DNA of 64,000 nucleotides. Source: Ignavibacteriota bacterium. GTDB taxonomy: Bacteria > Bacteroidota > Ignavibacteria > UBA10030 > UBA6906. Positions 19,824 through 29,564 of this stretch are shown in pieces (positions within the stretch are counted from its first letter, which is position 1; every line of letters starts with the position of its first letter). Made by a program: the position numbers and the translations under genes. The stretch lies in the NCBI GenBank assembly GCA_963801355.1, contig CAWDEM010000008.1, forward strand, positions 1,184,001 through 1,248,000, written 5' to 3'. Below the pieces are notes generated by a model. That model saw only the letters and a program-made list of their open reading frames with translations. It was not told the DNA's origin and searched no databases.

Positions 19824-20990
19824 ATGCGAGGTACAAAAACGAAGGCTTTGCTGCGGTACCTGGTCACCATGACCGGCATCTGCTTGAGCCTGTTTTTACT
19901 TGTTGAGTTGACAGGCTGGCTGCTTGTGCCCGATCGGTACAGGAACCCGCCGGCAGTGACGGCCGACGCCTGGATTCACTCCGATGCCCTGTCCGGGGCG
20001 GATACCGTCTGGCTTAAGCAGTTCGTCAACGAATTCTGCCGCTCTTACACCGCTCGCTGGACCTCTTATCTCTATTTCAGGAGAGAACCCTTCTCCGGAT
20101 TGCACATCAACGTTGATAGCAGCGGGCAGCGAATCACTCCTCAATATGCCGAGGAAAAGGGCGCCGGGCGGCATACGACAACGGTGGTGCTCCTGGGCGG
20201 CTCGACTATGTGGGGGACGGCCGCCCGCGACAGCGGAACGATCCCGGCAGCTCTCGCGCGCTTGATTGCCACAAAATCAGGCCGGCCACCAATGCGCGTT
20301 GTGAACATGGGCGAGTCGGGCTACGTAAACACACAGTCACTCCTCGCTCTCGAACTGGAACTGCGCAGAGGAAATGTCCCGGAAAATGTGATCTTCTATG
20401 ACGGCGTCAACGACATCTTCTCCGCATACCAGAACAATATGGCAGGCCTCCCACAAAATGAGCAACACCGGGAACTGGAGTTCAATCTGCTGCTGGACGG
20501 GGGGCGGATGCGGGAACTGGGACTCAACGATTTCTTGAAGAGAACGGTCACGGCGGGAGTTGTCGCTTCACTTCGCAATATGATCTCCAAACCACCGCCT
20601 GCGCCACCCTTGCATGATCATTTGGCTGCCGAAGTGATCCGGGTCTACCGGGGGAACCTTGAGATTCTTGAGGCGCTGAGTAGGCACTATGGATTTCACT
20701 ACCGGGTCTACTGGCAGCCTGTCGTGTTCTCGAGGCGCGACCCGTCACCCTACGAGCAGACTCAAATCGCAAAAATGGATTATGTCCGCTCGCTCTACGA
20801 CGAAGTGTACCGACTCGTGGAAGCGGATTCCGCGCTGCGTGCGAACCCGCACTTCCACAATCTCAGCGACATCTTTGACGGGGTGGGACCGATCTATCTG
20901 GACTTCTGCCACATCAGCGAGCGGGGGAACGAGATCATTGCCAAACAGATGTACGAAGATCTTTTCAAACCAGCGGCACCCGTGCATTGA
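19824..20990 (+). CDS. Membrane-anchored SGNH/GDSL-like hydrolase or acyltransferase
   Basis: LGGSTMWG, VVNMGESGY, FYDGVND and DFCH blocks, with an N-terminal TM. Start set at ATG 19824. Confidence 0.85.
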   Translation: MRGTKTKALLRYLVTMTGICLSLFLLVELTGWLLVPDRYRNPPAVTADAWIHSDALSGADTVWLKQFVNEFCRSYTARWTSYLYFRREPFSGLHINVDSSGQRITPQYAEEKGAGRHTTTVVLLGGSTMWGTAARDSGTIPAALARLIATKSGRPPMRVVNMGESGYVNTQSLLALELELRRGNVPENVIFYDGVNDIFSAYQNNMAGLPQNEQHRELEFNLLLDGGRMRELGLNDFLKRTVTAGVVASLRNMISKPPPAPPLHDHLAAEVIRVYRGNLEILEALSRHYGFHYRVYWQPVVFSRRDPSPYEQTQIAKMDYVRSLYDEVYRLVEADSALRANPHFHNLSDIFDGVGPIYLDFCHISERGNEIIAKQMYEDLFKPAAPVH

Positions 20991-20996
20991 AGTCAA

Positions 20997-21025
20997 GGCC
21001 CGGCGATGATTGCCGGGCCGTTTGT
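20997..21025 (+). terminator. Probable intrinsic terminator between convergent genes
   Basis: GC-rich hairpin GGCCCGGCGA-TGA-TTGCCGGGCC followed by GTTTGTT, 6 bp after the SGNH stop. Confidence 0.55.
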
Positions 21026-21026
21026 T

Positions 21027-21087
21027 CAGTTGATGAATGAGATGACCTGTTGATGAGAGGAATGCTCTGTTGATGAGGGGAAAGCTC
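21027..21087. repeat. Three-unit 20-bp tandem repeat with a GTTGATGA core
   Basis: GTTGATGA at 21029, 21049 and 21069. Units 2 and 3 are CTGTTGATGAGAGGAATGCT and CTGTTGATGAGGGGAAAGCT. Confidence 0.7.
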
Positions 21088-23252
21088 ATCTCACGAGCAG
21101 AGAGCTTTTTGGTCTGCACATACGACCCCGCTCCGCTCCTGGAGTCTCGCCCGACGCCGGAGTCCAGAGGGCGGACCTCTATCCGATACAAGTACACGCC
21201 GCTCGCGAGCCCGGAAGCGTCGAACATGAGATCGTGATAGCCTGCCTCCTGCTCCCCATTCTGGAGAAGGCCGATCTGTTGACCGAGCATGTTGAATACC
21301 GTCATGGTCACGTGCGAACGATACGGCAAACCGTAGCGGATCGTGGTCGAGGGGTTGAAGGGGTTGGGGTAGTTCTGATCGAGTGAAAACTCGTCAGGCA
21401 CGATTGACGCGACATCATGAACGCCGACGGTCGCTTCCGTGCTCCGCCAGACACCTCCAGCCCGCACGCCAGCCAGAAGGTATCCCGAGGAATCGATGGC
21501 AAGACTGAGGATATTCAGGATATCAAGTCCCGAGTTGTAGTCGGTCCACTTCGCACCATTGTCGGTCGATTGGAACACACCGCCCCCAGTGCCGGCATAG
21601 AGGGTTCCAGCATTGTTGACAACCAGTGCCCGGACGAACGGATTGGTGAGGCCGGTGTTCACTGCTGTCCAGGATAGTCCATTGTTCGTGGTTCGCATAA
21701 TGCCGTCTGTCGTTCCTGCAAACCATGAACCTTTCGGGCCCACGGCAAGAGCACGGATGTCAGCATTGACACCGGGATGCCTGGGCACCCACGAGCCGCC
21801 TTGATTAGTCGAATAGAAGACACCGCCACCTTTCGTGCCCGCGATGATATCTCCCGCCTTGTTCGTTGCGACAGCGAAGACTATTGAGTCGAACCGACTC
21901 AACGTCCAGGAGGTTCCGTCCTTGCCTGAGTAGTGCACACCTCCTTTTTGCTTGTCGTTTTCTTCGGTCCCCGCAACGATTTCGCCTTCCGCCACCGCAG
22001 TGAGGGAGTATACGGTCAGCGCCTGGCTAAGACCACATGGAGGCCACGTATGACCGAGGTTCGTTGACCGGAATAGACCATTGTCGACGAGGACGCCATA
22101 GTAAGAAGTCCCTATGAACACGTGATCAGCGCTACTGACACCAATCGAGTTCACGGTCCTCCCGACAACATCAGTGCTCACGCACTCCCAGGTTTCTCCC
22201 CCGTGCGTCGATCTGAACACGCCGTCTGTTGTGCCCGCGAAATATAAGTTGCCCGAAGTCACCCCGAGTGAGTACACGGAGTGTTTCTGGCCAATCGGAA
22301 AGTCTATTGCTTCCCATGTTTTGCCGGTGTCCAGTGACCGGAGTACTCCACTCCCTCCCCCTGCGAAAGCGACGCCTCTTGACAACATGACAATACTGGA
22401 CATCGATCCGGCCGATTCCCAGACCGGTAACCAACTCACTCCGTCGTTGGTTGAACGGAAGATTCCCCCCGGGATGGGTGGCATATCATAGGTGAAGGCC
22501 GTCGTGGAAAAGGTATAATTGGACACGGCATCAATCATTGTCGGTGTGGCCGCCGGAACCATCACCTCATCGGTCCAGGTGAGGCCATTGTCGGTGGATC
22601 TCAGGAACACTTCATGATACGGACTTGCGTTCAGATCGGCGATGACCAGCAGATCCCCGTGAGCGGCTCTGGCCAGACCTTCGACGGTCTGCCCCGCGCC
22701 AAGCGCAAAGACGCTCGTCCAGCTCACGCCATTGTTTGTGGATCTGAAGATGCCGTGCCGAGTGGTGGCAACGACTCTGAAGCTCGGCAGAATTATGAGC
22801 GAATTGAAACTCCCGAAGCTGAGGCTGTCCCAGCTGCTTCCGGCATCGGTGGAACGATAGCCCATCGATGAAGTGCTGATGAAAAGCACGCTCGGGTTTA
22901 GGGTTACTGCCCTCACGGCTGCAGTCGGAAGACTCTTAATCTTGGACCATTCGCTCCCGTCATCTGTCGACTGGTACAATCCGTCGGCTGTGCCGGCATA
23001 GATTGGGAGAAACACCCCACCGCTGAGTGCATAGGTGGGGTACGGCAAAACCTCCTTCCACACGTCGCCGTTGTCTGCGGTCTTGTAGCAGCCCGTCATG
23101 GTCCCGGCGACAATCGTCCCCGCTGAGGTCGAATTCACCATCGCGTAGAAATCTCCCGAGTACGGACCGTCGGTCTGCATCCATTGAGCAACGGTGCTCG
23201 TGCTACCGAGCGAGAGGATTGCACAACAGACAACAAGTCTCATCCGTCCCAT
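21086..23252 (-). CDS. BNR/Asp-box beta-propeller protein with T9SS CTD (+1 frameshift in the last codons)
   Basis: GGAGG before ATG 23252; many FRSTxxGxxW repeats; CTD. Removing one base near 21101 gives the canonical end KKLLLVR* at 21086. Confidence 0.87.
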
Positions 23253-23400
23253 AGGATGTGTCCTCCTGGATGGTGAACAGAGACGAATTATGGATTGCGA
23301 CGGAAGTATGACAGCATACTTAGCACGGTCACTCGGGATTGTCAAGGCGAAGACGCTGGAAATTGCATTTGTACGGTTAGACTTCCCGTCAGATTCTATA

Positions 23401-24666
23401 TTATTTCAGGAGTAACATCCTCTTCGTGGTCACATAGCCTCCGGCCCGCAACCGATAGAGATACACTCCACTCACAAAATCAGAACCGTCAAACGCGACT
23501 TCGTGGACTCCTGCGTCCCTTCTGTCACTGACCAACACGGATACCTCACGACCGAGGACGTCGTACACCTTCACAGTGGTGAATTGTGGATCCACAATTG
23601 AGAATCGTATGGTCGTGCTCGGGTTGAAGGGATTGGGGTAGTTTTGTTCGAGACGGCACGCCGACGGGATCTCAGGGTGCATCGGGTCGATGCCGGCGGC
23701 ACCACCGTTCGTGGTCTTCAAGACAAGCCCGTGGTTTCCCGCCACAAACCCTACAGACTGGTCCACGAAGCACACGCTCGACAAATATTCATTTGTCGTC
23801 GATTGTTGGGGTTCCCAGCTCACACCGCGGTTTGTTGTCTTCATTATTGTGCCGCTGTCACCGACCACGAACCCGGTTGTCGTGCTGGTGAACCAGAGCG
23901 AAGTCAACCGTCGCGTGAACGAGGGATTGTTGTACACAGCAGTCCAGGTCTCTCCCGCATCAGTCGATTTGTAGAGGTAGCCGTGATCACCTGCTGCGAA
24001 GGCGGCTGCCGAATCGGCAATGCACACGGAGTAGAAATCATACAGCGGAGCATCCGGCAGCTGGTATTTCCACACCCAGGAACTGCCCGCGTTTGTGGTT
24101 TTGTAGATGACACCTCCCTGCCCCACTGCAAGACCGGTCGTCGCATTGCCAAAGTGAATGGACCGGACATAGGCGGTTGCGCTGTAGGGACTCCAGGTCT
24201 GACCGGCATCTGTGGTCTTCAGAATGTTCCCGTTTGTCCCCACATTCATTCCAATGTACCCGGTGCTGGAATCAGTAAAGCAGAGCGTGATATAGCTCGT
24301 GTTGCTTTCTCCAGTCTTGAGGAGGCCCCAGGTCGATCCGCTATTCGTCGTTCTGTAGAGTTCTGCTTTGAGCGTCCGGCTATTGGAGCCGCTGACATAG
24401 CCGGTCCCGCCGCGTGTGAACAGTATGTCGGAGAAGTAGCTTGAACTATCCACAACAGAGGTTGACCAGTCGTCACCGCCGGTCGTTGTTTTCACGATTA
24501 TGCCGCCGGAACCACAGGCATACGCAGTGGACTGACTGATGCAGAAGAGAGCCCGGAGGTTGCCCGGAGTGCCTGTTGCCACGGGAGACCAGCCGGATTG
24601 GGCGGTCGTTTCTGCAATTGCGAGAGCAGACATCAGAACCAGCGAGACAACCCAACTCGGCTTCAT
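23401..24666 (-). CDS. YCF48/BNR single beta-propeller protein with T9SS CTD
   Basis: Signal peptide MKPSWVVSLVLMSALAIA, about seven KTTxxGxxW repeats and a CTD. Confidence 0.88.
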   Translation of the reverse strand: MKPSWVVSLVLMSALAIAETTAQSGWSPVATGTPGNLRALFCISQSTAYACGSGGIIVKTTTGGDDWSTSVVDSSSYFSDILFTRGGTGYVSGSNSRTLKAELYRTTNSGSTWGLLKTGESNTSYITLCFTDSSTGYIGMNVGTNGNILKTTDAGQTWSPYSATAYVRSIHFGNATTGLAVGQGGVIYKTTNAGSSWVWKYQLPDAPLYDFYSVCIADSAAAFAAGDHGYLYKSTDAGETWTAVYNNPSFTRRLTSLWFTSTTTGFVVGDSGTIMKTTNRGVSWEPQQSTTNEYLSSVCFVDQSVGFVAGNHGLVLKTTNGGAAGIDPMHPEIPSACRLEQNYPNPFNPSTTIRFSIVDPQFTTVKVYDVLGREVSVLVSDRRDAGVHEVAFDGSDFVSGVYLYRLRAGGYVTTKRMLLLK

Positions 24667-24935
24667 GTTGCACCTTTGCCTTCCCGGAACGAGTAGTGAG
24701 CTCACTGCGATCAATGTTGACTCACGAATCAATGCACTTCCAAGCGCACCAAAATGCGCTGAGCGTCAAGTCTGGGTGTTTATCGCAACTCATGCTTGCT
24801 TGCATCGGCAGAATGGGTATACCTTGGTGGCTTGCGCCATTGAGTCGTCGGGTGGGCTCTACAACGAGGGCATATGGAACAGGGTCCAGACTGGCGGCTC
24901 GATGGCCGGGGAAGCCATCGTGCTCTTCTCTGCTG

Positions 24936-24943
24936 CAAATATA
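24936..24943 (-). promoter_or_regulatory. Bacteroidota-type -7 promoter box TATATTTG
   Basis: Matches TAnnTTTG on the minus strand in the intergenic region upstream of 24666. Confidence 0.45.
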
Positions 24944-24998
24944 TCCCGCTGTGCATGCAAAGTCAAATCTGGAACAGACTTGTTGATACTTGTCAATA

Positions 24999-26213
24999 CT
25001 AGCGCACAACCACGAGTTTCTTCGTCGCTGTGAAGGTCCCCGCGCCGCTCTTGGAATCAAGCCCGGTGGCGGACTCCAGAGGTCGGACCTGCATGCGGTA
25101 GAAGTATACTCCGCTCGATAATCCCGATGCATCGAACTTCACTTCCTTAAACCCCGCTTCCTGCTCTCCATCCCGGAGCAGAGCGACCTGCTGGCCGAGG
25201 GTGTTGTGGACCGTCAGGGTTACGTGTGAACCATTGGGCAGGCCAAAGCGGATTGTTGTCGAGGGGTTGAAGGGATTGGGGTAGTTCTGTTCAAGTGAAA
25301 AATCCTCGGGCATAGTGCTCTCGCGTGCGAGGGTGAGCTTTCCTGCGACGATCGGGTCTGACAGATGCTCGCTCCCATCAAGATCAATCTGTTTCAAACG
25401 GTAGAGAGCGCCTTCGGCAAGAGGATGCTGATCGACAAAGGTGTACTCCTGCGGGACCACAGTGGTTCCATGTCCCGGAACGAATCCGCCTGGAAGCCGT
25501 TCAAAAAGGCCGGCACTGCTGTCCTTCCTCTGCACCTCAAAACCGAAGTTGTTTGTTTCTGACAGAGTCGTCCACTGCAGCCTCACGCTGGAACTGCTTG
25601 CCCAGCTGGCCAGGAACGAGGCAATCTGCACAGGAAGCGAGGTTGTCAAAACATTCGTGTGAGTCCACGTATGGCTGCTCCCGGAGACTACCCAGGCGTA
25701 GTCGGCCATCTTCGCGCCTTCTCCGAACCAGGGATTCATGTAGTACAATGTGGACCCCACGACGCCATATCCGACGACAAAGTGCCCTCCGCCGCTATCC
25801 CATCCCCACCGGATGACGAACGGTCTGTTCGCATTGATCTCGCTCTCCACCGTACTCAACGTCAGGGCGGCGCCAATGCCGTAATTGTTGATCCCCCAAT
25901 GACTCAAGATGTCTTGAATGCTGCCGTTTGCTCCCCAAGCGTAGTTCCAGTAGTTGCATCCTTGCGAAGGATCCTCGCAACAATCGACCGAACCGAAGTC
26001 GTGCCATGTGGCCCGGACGCGTGCATATTCGGCAATTGTGCATTGTTCGATTGGCGTGCCCTTTGCCCGGATGACAGCCGCGCTGACTCCCGCCCAACAC
26101 CACTGGCTCTGTTCCTGAATGACCACGGGGACGTCCAGTATTGTGGATAGGGCAATCGCAGGTCCGCAGAGAAGAAGGACCGCCGTCCGCCGTACACAGA
26201 ACTTCTGTTTCAT
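24999..26213 (-). CDS. Papain-like cysteine peptidase (C39/C47-like) with T9SS CTD
   Basis: QEQSQWCWAG (oxyanion Gln and catalytic Cys), GGHFVVGYG (His), YMNPW (Asn), an LPV..L.SF linker domain and a CTD. Start set at ATG 26213. Confidence 0.82.
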   Translation of the reverse strand: MKQKFCVRRTAVLLLCGPAIALSTILDVPVVIQEQSQWCWAGVSAAVIRAKGTPIEQCTIAEYARVRATWHDFGSVDCCEDPSQGCNYWNYAWGANGSIQDILSHWGINNYGIGAALTLSTVESEINANRPFVIRWGWDSGGGHFVVGYGVVGSTLYYMNPWFGEGAKMADYAWVVSGSSHTWTHTNVLTTSLPVQIASFLASWASSSSVRLQWTTLSETNNFGFEVQRKDSSAGLFERLPGGFVPGHGTTVVPQEYTFVDQHPLAEGALYRLKQIDLDGSEHLSDPIVAGKLTLARESTMPEDFSLEQNYPNPFNPSTTIRFGLPNGSHVTLTVHNTLGQQVALLRDGEQEAGFKEVKFDASGLSSGVYFYRMQVRPLESATGLDSKSGAGTFTATKKLVVVR

Positions 26214-26226
26214 GATATCATTCCCT

Positions 26227-26886
26227 TCACTTTCGATGTGGGCCGGAAGGTTCTGTGAGTTTCCCGAGCAGCGGGAGACACTCCCGCATGGACTGCTCAT
26301 CGATGACGGACATGCCTATTGTTTCAAGGGCTCGCCGTGCCGATTCGAGAGGGATAACATTCGTCTCGTCAGCTGAAGCACTCTGATCGCACATCAATAG
26401 AAAATCACAGGAGCTTTCGAAGATCCTGAGAATGCCACGGTGCATAGCGCGTGGAGAGCGGGCATGTCGTTGTTCACATTCATCAAGTTCCCTGGCGAGA
26501 ACTGACGCCCCGAAGTCCACGGTACGCCATTGATCATCCGTCCTGGTCACCGTGAGCAGTGCCCGGCACTCGCCCCGCACGCGCACAGGAACTCTCCATT
26601 CGTTGAGAGGCTTCCATGCATAGTTGCACCCGGATGCATCGTCACGAGATTCCAGGGTGAACATCTGATACGGCTCCCCCACACCGGCCTCCAGAAATTC
26701 ATTGCGGGAACGAAATCCATACGCGGCTTCCTGCCCGGCAGGGATGCGATTGAGGAACTCCAGAAGTCGGGCCCCTGCTGCACTGCGGACCTGCACAACA
26801 GCGGCTGCTTCCACTTGTCCAGGCGCGATTGGCGGTACAAGAACCTGGAATGCTCCCAAAATGAAGAGAACCAGAATCGGGCGCAT
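26227..26886 (-). CDS. Secreted hypothetical protein, directly upstream of the peptidase
   Basis: Signal peptide MRPILVLFILGAFQV; ends 13 bp before the peptidase start. Confidence 0.75.
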   Translation of the reverse strand: MRPILVLFILGAFQVLVPPIAPGQVEAAAVVQVRSAAGARLLEFLNRIPAGQEAAYGFRSRNEFLEAGVGEPYQMFTLESRDDASGCNYAWKPLNEWRVPVRVRGECRALLTVTRTDDQWRTVDFGASVLARELDECEQRHARSPRAMHRGILRIFESSCDFLLMCDQSASADETNVIPLESARRALETIGMSVIDEQSMRECLPLLGKLTEPSGPHRK

Positions 26887-27033
26887 GATATCTCCTTTCA
26901 AATCTCATGGGTCTGAGCTCCACGGGCAATGTATCGGTTCCTTACCTAGATTTGTCACAATAGTGTCACGGAACCGTAGAGAATTTCAGTTCGTGAGATC
27001 CAATCCTCTGGACTTGTCGTGTTGAGGCGCGCA

Positions 27034-27384
27034 TTACTGCGTTGGTTTCCGGCTCTCCCTCAGCCCCTTCACACCCGCCGTCACCAGTACCACACCCGCC
27101 GCCAAGAAAAGGGCCGCGATATACTGCCCTCCCATCGGCATGCCGATGGATTCGAGTAGCCGGAGCTCGCAAAGCACTATTCCGCCGGAGGCCAGAAAAC
27201 CCGCTCCCAGGATTATGTCGATTATCGCTACGGATCTCTGCATTCCCTGCTTCACTTTCACTGGCGGCATCTCCCTTCCGACCAGTTCGTACTCCCACTC
27301 CTTTTCTAGTCGATGCCTTCGCTCTTGCCGGGTGAGCGCCAGCGATACCACCACTGCTGCGATGAACGCCAGAATGGCCATCAT
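27034..27384 (-). CDS. Small 3-TM membrane protein (paralog of 28060-28413)
   Basis: Shares RQERRHR and ESIGMPMGGQYIAA with 28060..28413. Confidence 0.75.
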   Translation of the reverse strand: MMAILAFIAAVVVSLALTRQERRHRLEKEWEYELVGREMPPVKVKQGMQRSVAIIDIILGAGFLASGGIVLCELRLLESIGMPMGGQYIAALFLAAGVVLVTAGVKGLRESRKPTQ

Positions 27385-27581
27385 GGCTTCACCTCCTGTC
27401 CCGAGCGCCGAGATTCCCTGTACTTCTTAAGATCCCGGACGAACATTTGCGTGCGTTCAGGAGGGTCCACGCCCCGCCTGATGTATGAGAGTGCCTCTTT
27501 GTGGAGGCGCCTCCGGCGCTGATACGTGAGCACGCCATAAGCAATGATCACGACGGTTAATATGAGTCCTGGATAGTCCAT
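27381..27581 (-). pseudogene. Internally deleted paralog of 28410-28775
   Basis: MDY.GL..YGVL.Y..PPERT is joined almost directly to F.RDLKKYR, and 55 aa including two TM helices are missing. Confidence 0.7.
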
Positions 27582-27730
27582 TCTTCACATCTCCGAAATG
27601 GTAATACACCCCTCCTATACATATAGACCTTCCGAAAAACTATTTTCTTTCATTTGAAAGAAATGAATTTTTCGAAGAGTCTTATATATTGGGGGGGATA
27701 GGCATCAGGAAAACATTTCCAAGCGCCCAA

Positions 27731-27955
27731 GTGCAAAGCAAGCACGCTAGATTTGACGAGATTCGCAGGGAATTCAAGGGGCCGGTCTTCGACCAGGCCC
27801 TGCGAATCCTCGGCAATGAGGCGGAAGCCAAGGATGTGACGCACGAAGTCCTTATCAGAGTCTACCACCATCTTGAGAAGGTGCGTGATGAAGCCCATAT
27901 TGCCGGCTGGATCTCCAGGATCACGGTCAATGCCTGCGGCTCTCATCGAAGCCGA
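27731..27955 (+). pseudogene. Truncated ECF sigma factor (region 2 only)
   Basis: FKGPVFDQALRILGNEAEAKDVTHEVLIRVY..WISRIT aligns with the intact sigma at 29034. There is no region 4 and the frame runs into the opposite-strand gene. Confidence 0.78.
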
Positions 27956-28059
27956 GACGGCGGAAGTCCCTTCAGTACCGAGTATTGTCTACCCCACGCT
28001 CGCGTTCACTTTCCGCCGTCCTGTCATCACATCATTACTGATCCGTCGATCACGGAGAA

Positions 28060-28413
28060 TCAGGCTTCGTTCTTCCGATTCAGCCCATTCTTCCGTAGCC
28101 CCTTCACTCCCACAGTAATCAGCGTGATCCCCAGCGCGAGAAATGCCGCCGCGATGTACTGCCCTCCCATTGGCATGCCGATGGATTCGACCACCCAGAG
28201 CGCATAAGCCGCTATTCCACCGAAGACAAACAAGCCGGTCCCCATCACCAGATTGAGAATTGCCTCGGATTTTGGAACCCTCCGCTTCGCATGCGGCATT
28301 TCCCAACCGAGGTGTTCATACTCCAGGCTCAGATGAAACCGGTGCCGCCGCTCCTGACGATCCAGCACAACCGATACCAGCACCGCCACGACGAGCACTC
28401 CTAAAGTCATCAT
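28060..28413 (-). CDS. Small 3-TM membrane protein
   Basis: Three hydrophobic segments; overlaps the upstream gene by 4 bp (ATGA). Confidence 0.8.
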   Translation of the reverse strand: MMTLGVLVVAVLVSVVLDRQERRHRFHLSLEYEHLGWEMPHAKRRVPKSEAILNLVMGTGLFVFGGIAAYALWVVESIGMPMGGQYIAAAFLALGITLITVGVKGLRKNGLNRKNEA

Positions 28414-28775
28414 GACTTCACCCCCCGGGCTGGTCTTTTGAATCCCCGGTACTTCTTGAGATCACGCATGAATATCAACGTAAGCAACACAAAGAGCCCT
28501 GCCAAGACCAGTGCGATTGAGAGCATGGCTGTGTCGAGCCGGCCGGCCTTGTGAAAACCCGAAATCACTAGTACTACCACCGTCGCCAAAGCTGCAAGTC
28601 CGATCACCCCCGTTGTTTCCAGTTTCCAGACTTCCATTCTGGGGGTCCGCTCCGGAGGCTTCTTACCTCGACGCAGGTATGTCATCGTCTCCCAATATAC
28701 CCGTTCCCGGTGTCGGTACGCCAATACGCCGTAGACGACGATCGCGACCGCTATCACCAATCCTGTGTAGTCCAT
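28410..28775 (-). CDS. Small 3-TM membrane protein
   Basis: Three hydrophobic segments; divergent from the ECF sigma gene. Confidence 0.8.
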   Translation of the reverse strand: MDYTGLVIAVAIVVYGVLAYRHRERVYWETMTYLRRGKKPPERTPRMEVWKLETTGVIGLAALATVVVLVISGFHKAGRLDTAMLSIALVLAGLFVLLTLIFMRDLKKYRGFKRPARGVKS

Positions 28776-28813
28776 GGTTTTGACTCCCTGGCCGTTACAT
28801 ACCCCTCTATATG

Positions 28814-28843
28814 ATAGACGCTGCCTAAGCCCAAAATATTACA
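28814..28843 (-). promoter_or_regulatory. Putative ECF promoter TGTAATATT-N14-CGTCTAT
   Basis: Same motif and spacing as 28959-28988 on the other strand; resembles SigX/SigW-type promoters. Confidence 0.7.
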
Positions 28844-28958
28844 GGGTTCAGAATATCTATTTTTTCTCGAATCGAAGTAGTCCAAAAACGGCGAATCCGA
28901 CGAGAAAACGAAAGAACTTCGAGTTGGTCAGACGCATGAAAATATTTTTTTCCTCATG

Positions 28959-28988
28959 TGTAATATTATCACCTTAACTTGCGACTAT
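28959..28988 (+). promoter_or_regulatory. Putative autoregulatory ECF promoter TGTAATATT-N14-CGACTAT
   Basis: Directly upstream of the ECF sigma gene; mirror copy at 28814-28843. Confidence 0.7.
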
Positions 28989-29033
28989 CAGTATAGGAGG
29001 GGGTGCGTCGGTTTCACAATCGAAGCAGACCAG

Positions 29034-29564
29034 GTGCCCGGAAAAGACGCAATATTAAACGAGATCATCAAGAAGTACGAGGGACCGGTTTTCAAGCACG
29101 CCGTCCGGCTTCTTGGCAATGTGAGCCTAGCTCAGGAAGTGACGCAGGACGTTTTTCTCGGAGTGTATAATGGGCTTCACGGTCTCAGGGAGGAAGACCG
29201 CCTGGCTGCATGGATCCACAGGATCACCGACAACAAATGCTACTCCTTGCGCAGAAAGGCTTCCCCAAATTTCGTTTCATTTGATGAAACGGAACGCGGC
29301 GAAGAAATCGTCGACGAATCCTCCAACCCGGAAGAGATGCACATCCAACGCGACACGCGAAGGGAGCTGGCTGGTTTCATTTCACAACTTCCTCAGAAAG
29401 AGGCAGTTGCAACAACACTTTATTTCTATGAAGGAAAATCCCTACAGGAAATCGCAGACATCATGGAGCTTCTGCCCGGCACAGTTGCGGTGGTGCTGCA
29501 CCGGGGGAGAACTCATCTTCACAAGCTGATCCTGGGCCACGCAGACAAGGAGGAGAGAAAATGA
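29034..29564 (+). CDS. ECF RNA polymerase sigma factor
   Basis: Region 2 AQEVTQDVFL..WIHRITDN and region 4 LP..YFYEGKSLQEIADIM..GTV..LHRGR. GTG 29034 chosen because the longer ORF overlaps the promoter. Confidence 0.92.
   Translation: MPGKDAILNEIIKKYEGPVFKHAVRLLGNVSLAQEVTQDVFLGVYNGLHGLREEDRLAAWIHRITDNKCYSLRRKASPNFVSFDETERGEEIVDESSNPEEMHIQRDTRRELAGFISQLPQKEAVATTLYFYEGKSLQEIADIMELLPGTVAVVLHRGRTHLHKLILGHADKEERK

Noticed and set aside
20745-21085. C-terminal extension of the 866-aa ORF overlapping the SGNH gene
   Set aside because: Caused by the +1 insertion near 21101; the corrected protein ends KKLLLVR at 21086.
28956-29033. Longer N-terminus of the ECF sigma
   Set aside because: It overlaps the putative promoter, and the paralog supports the GTG at 29034.
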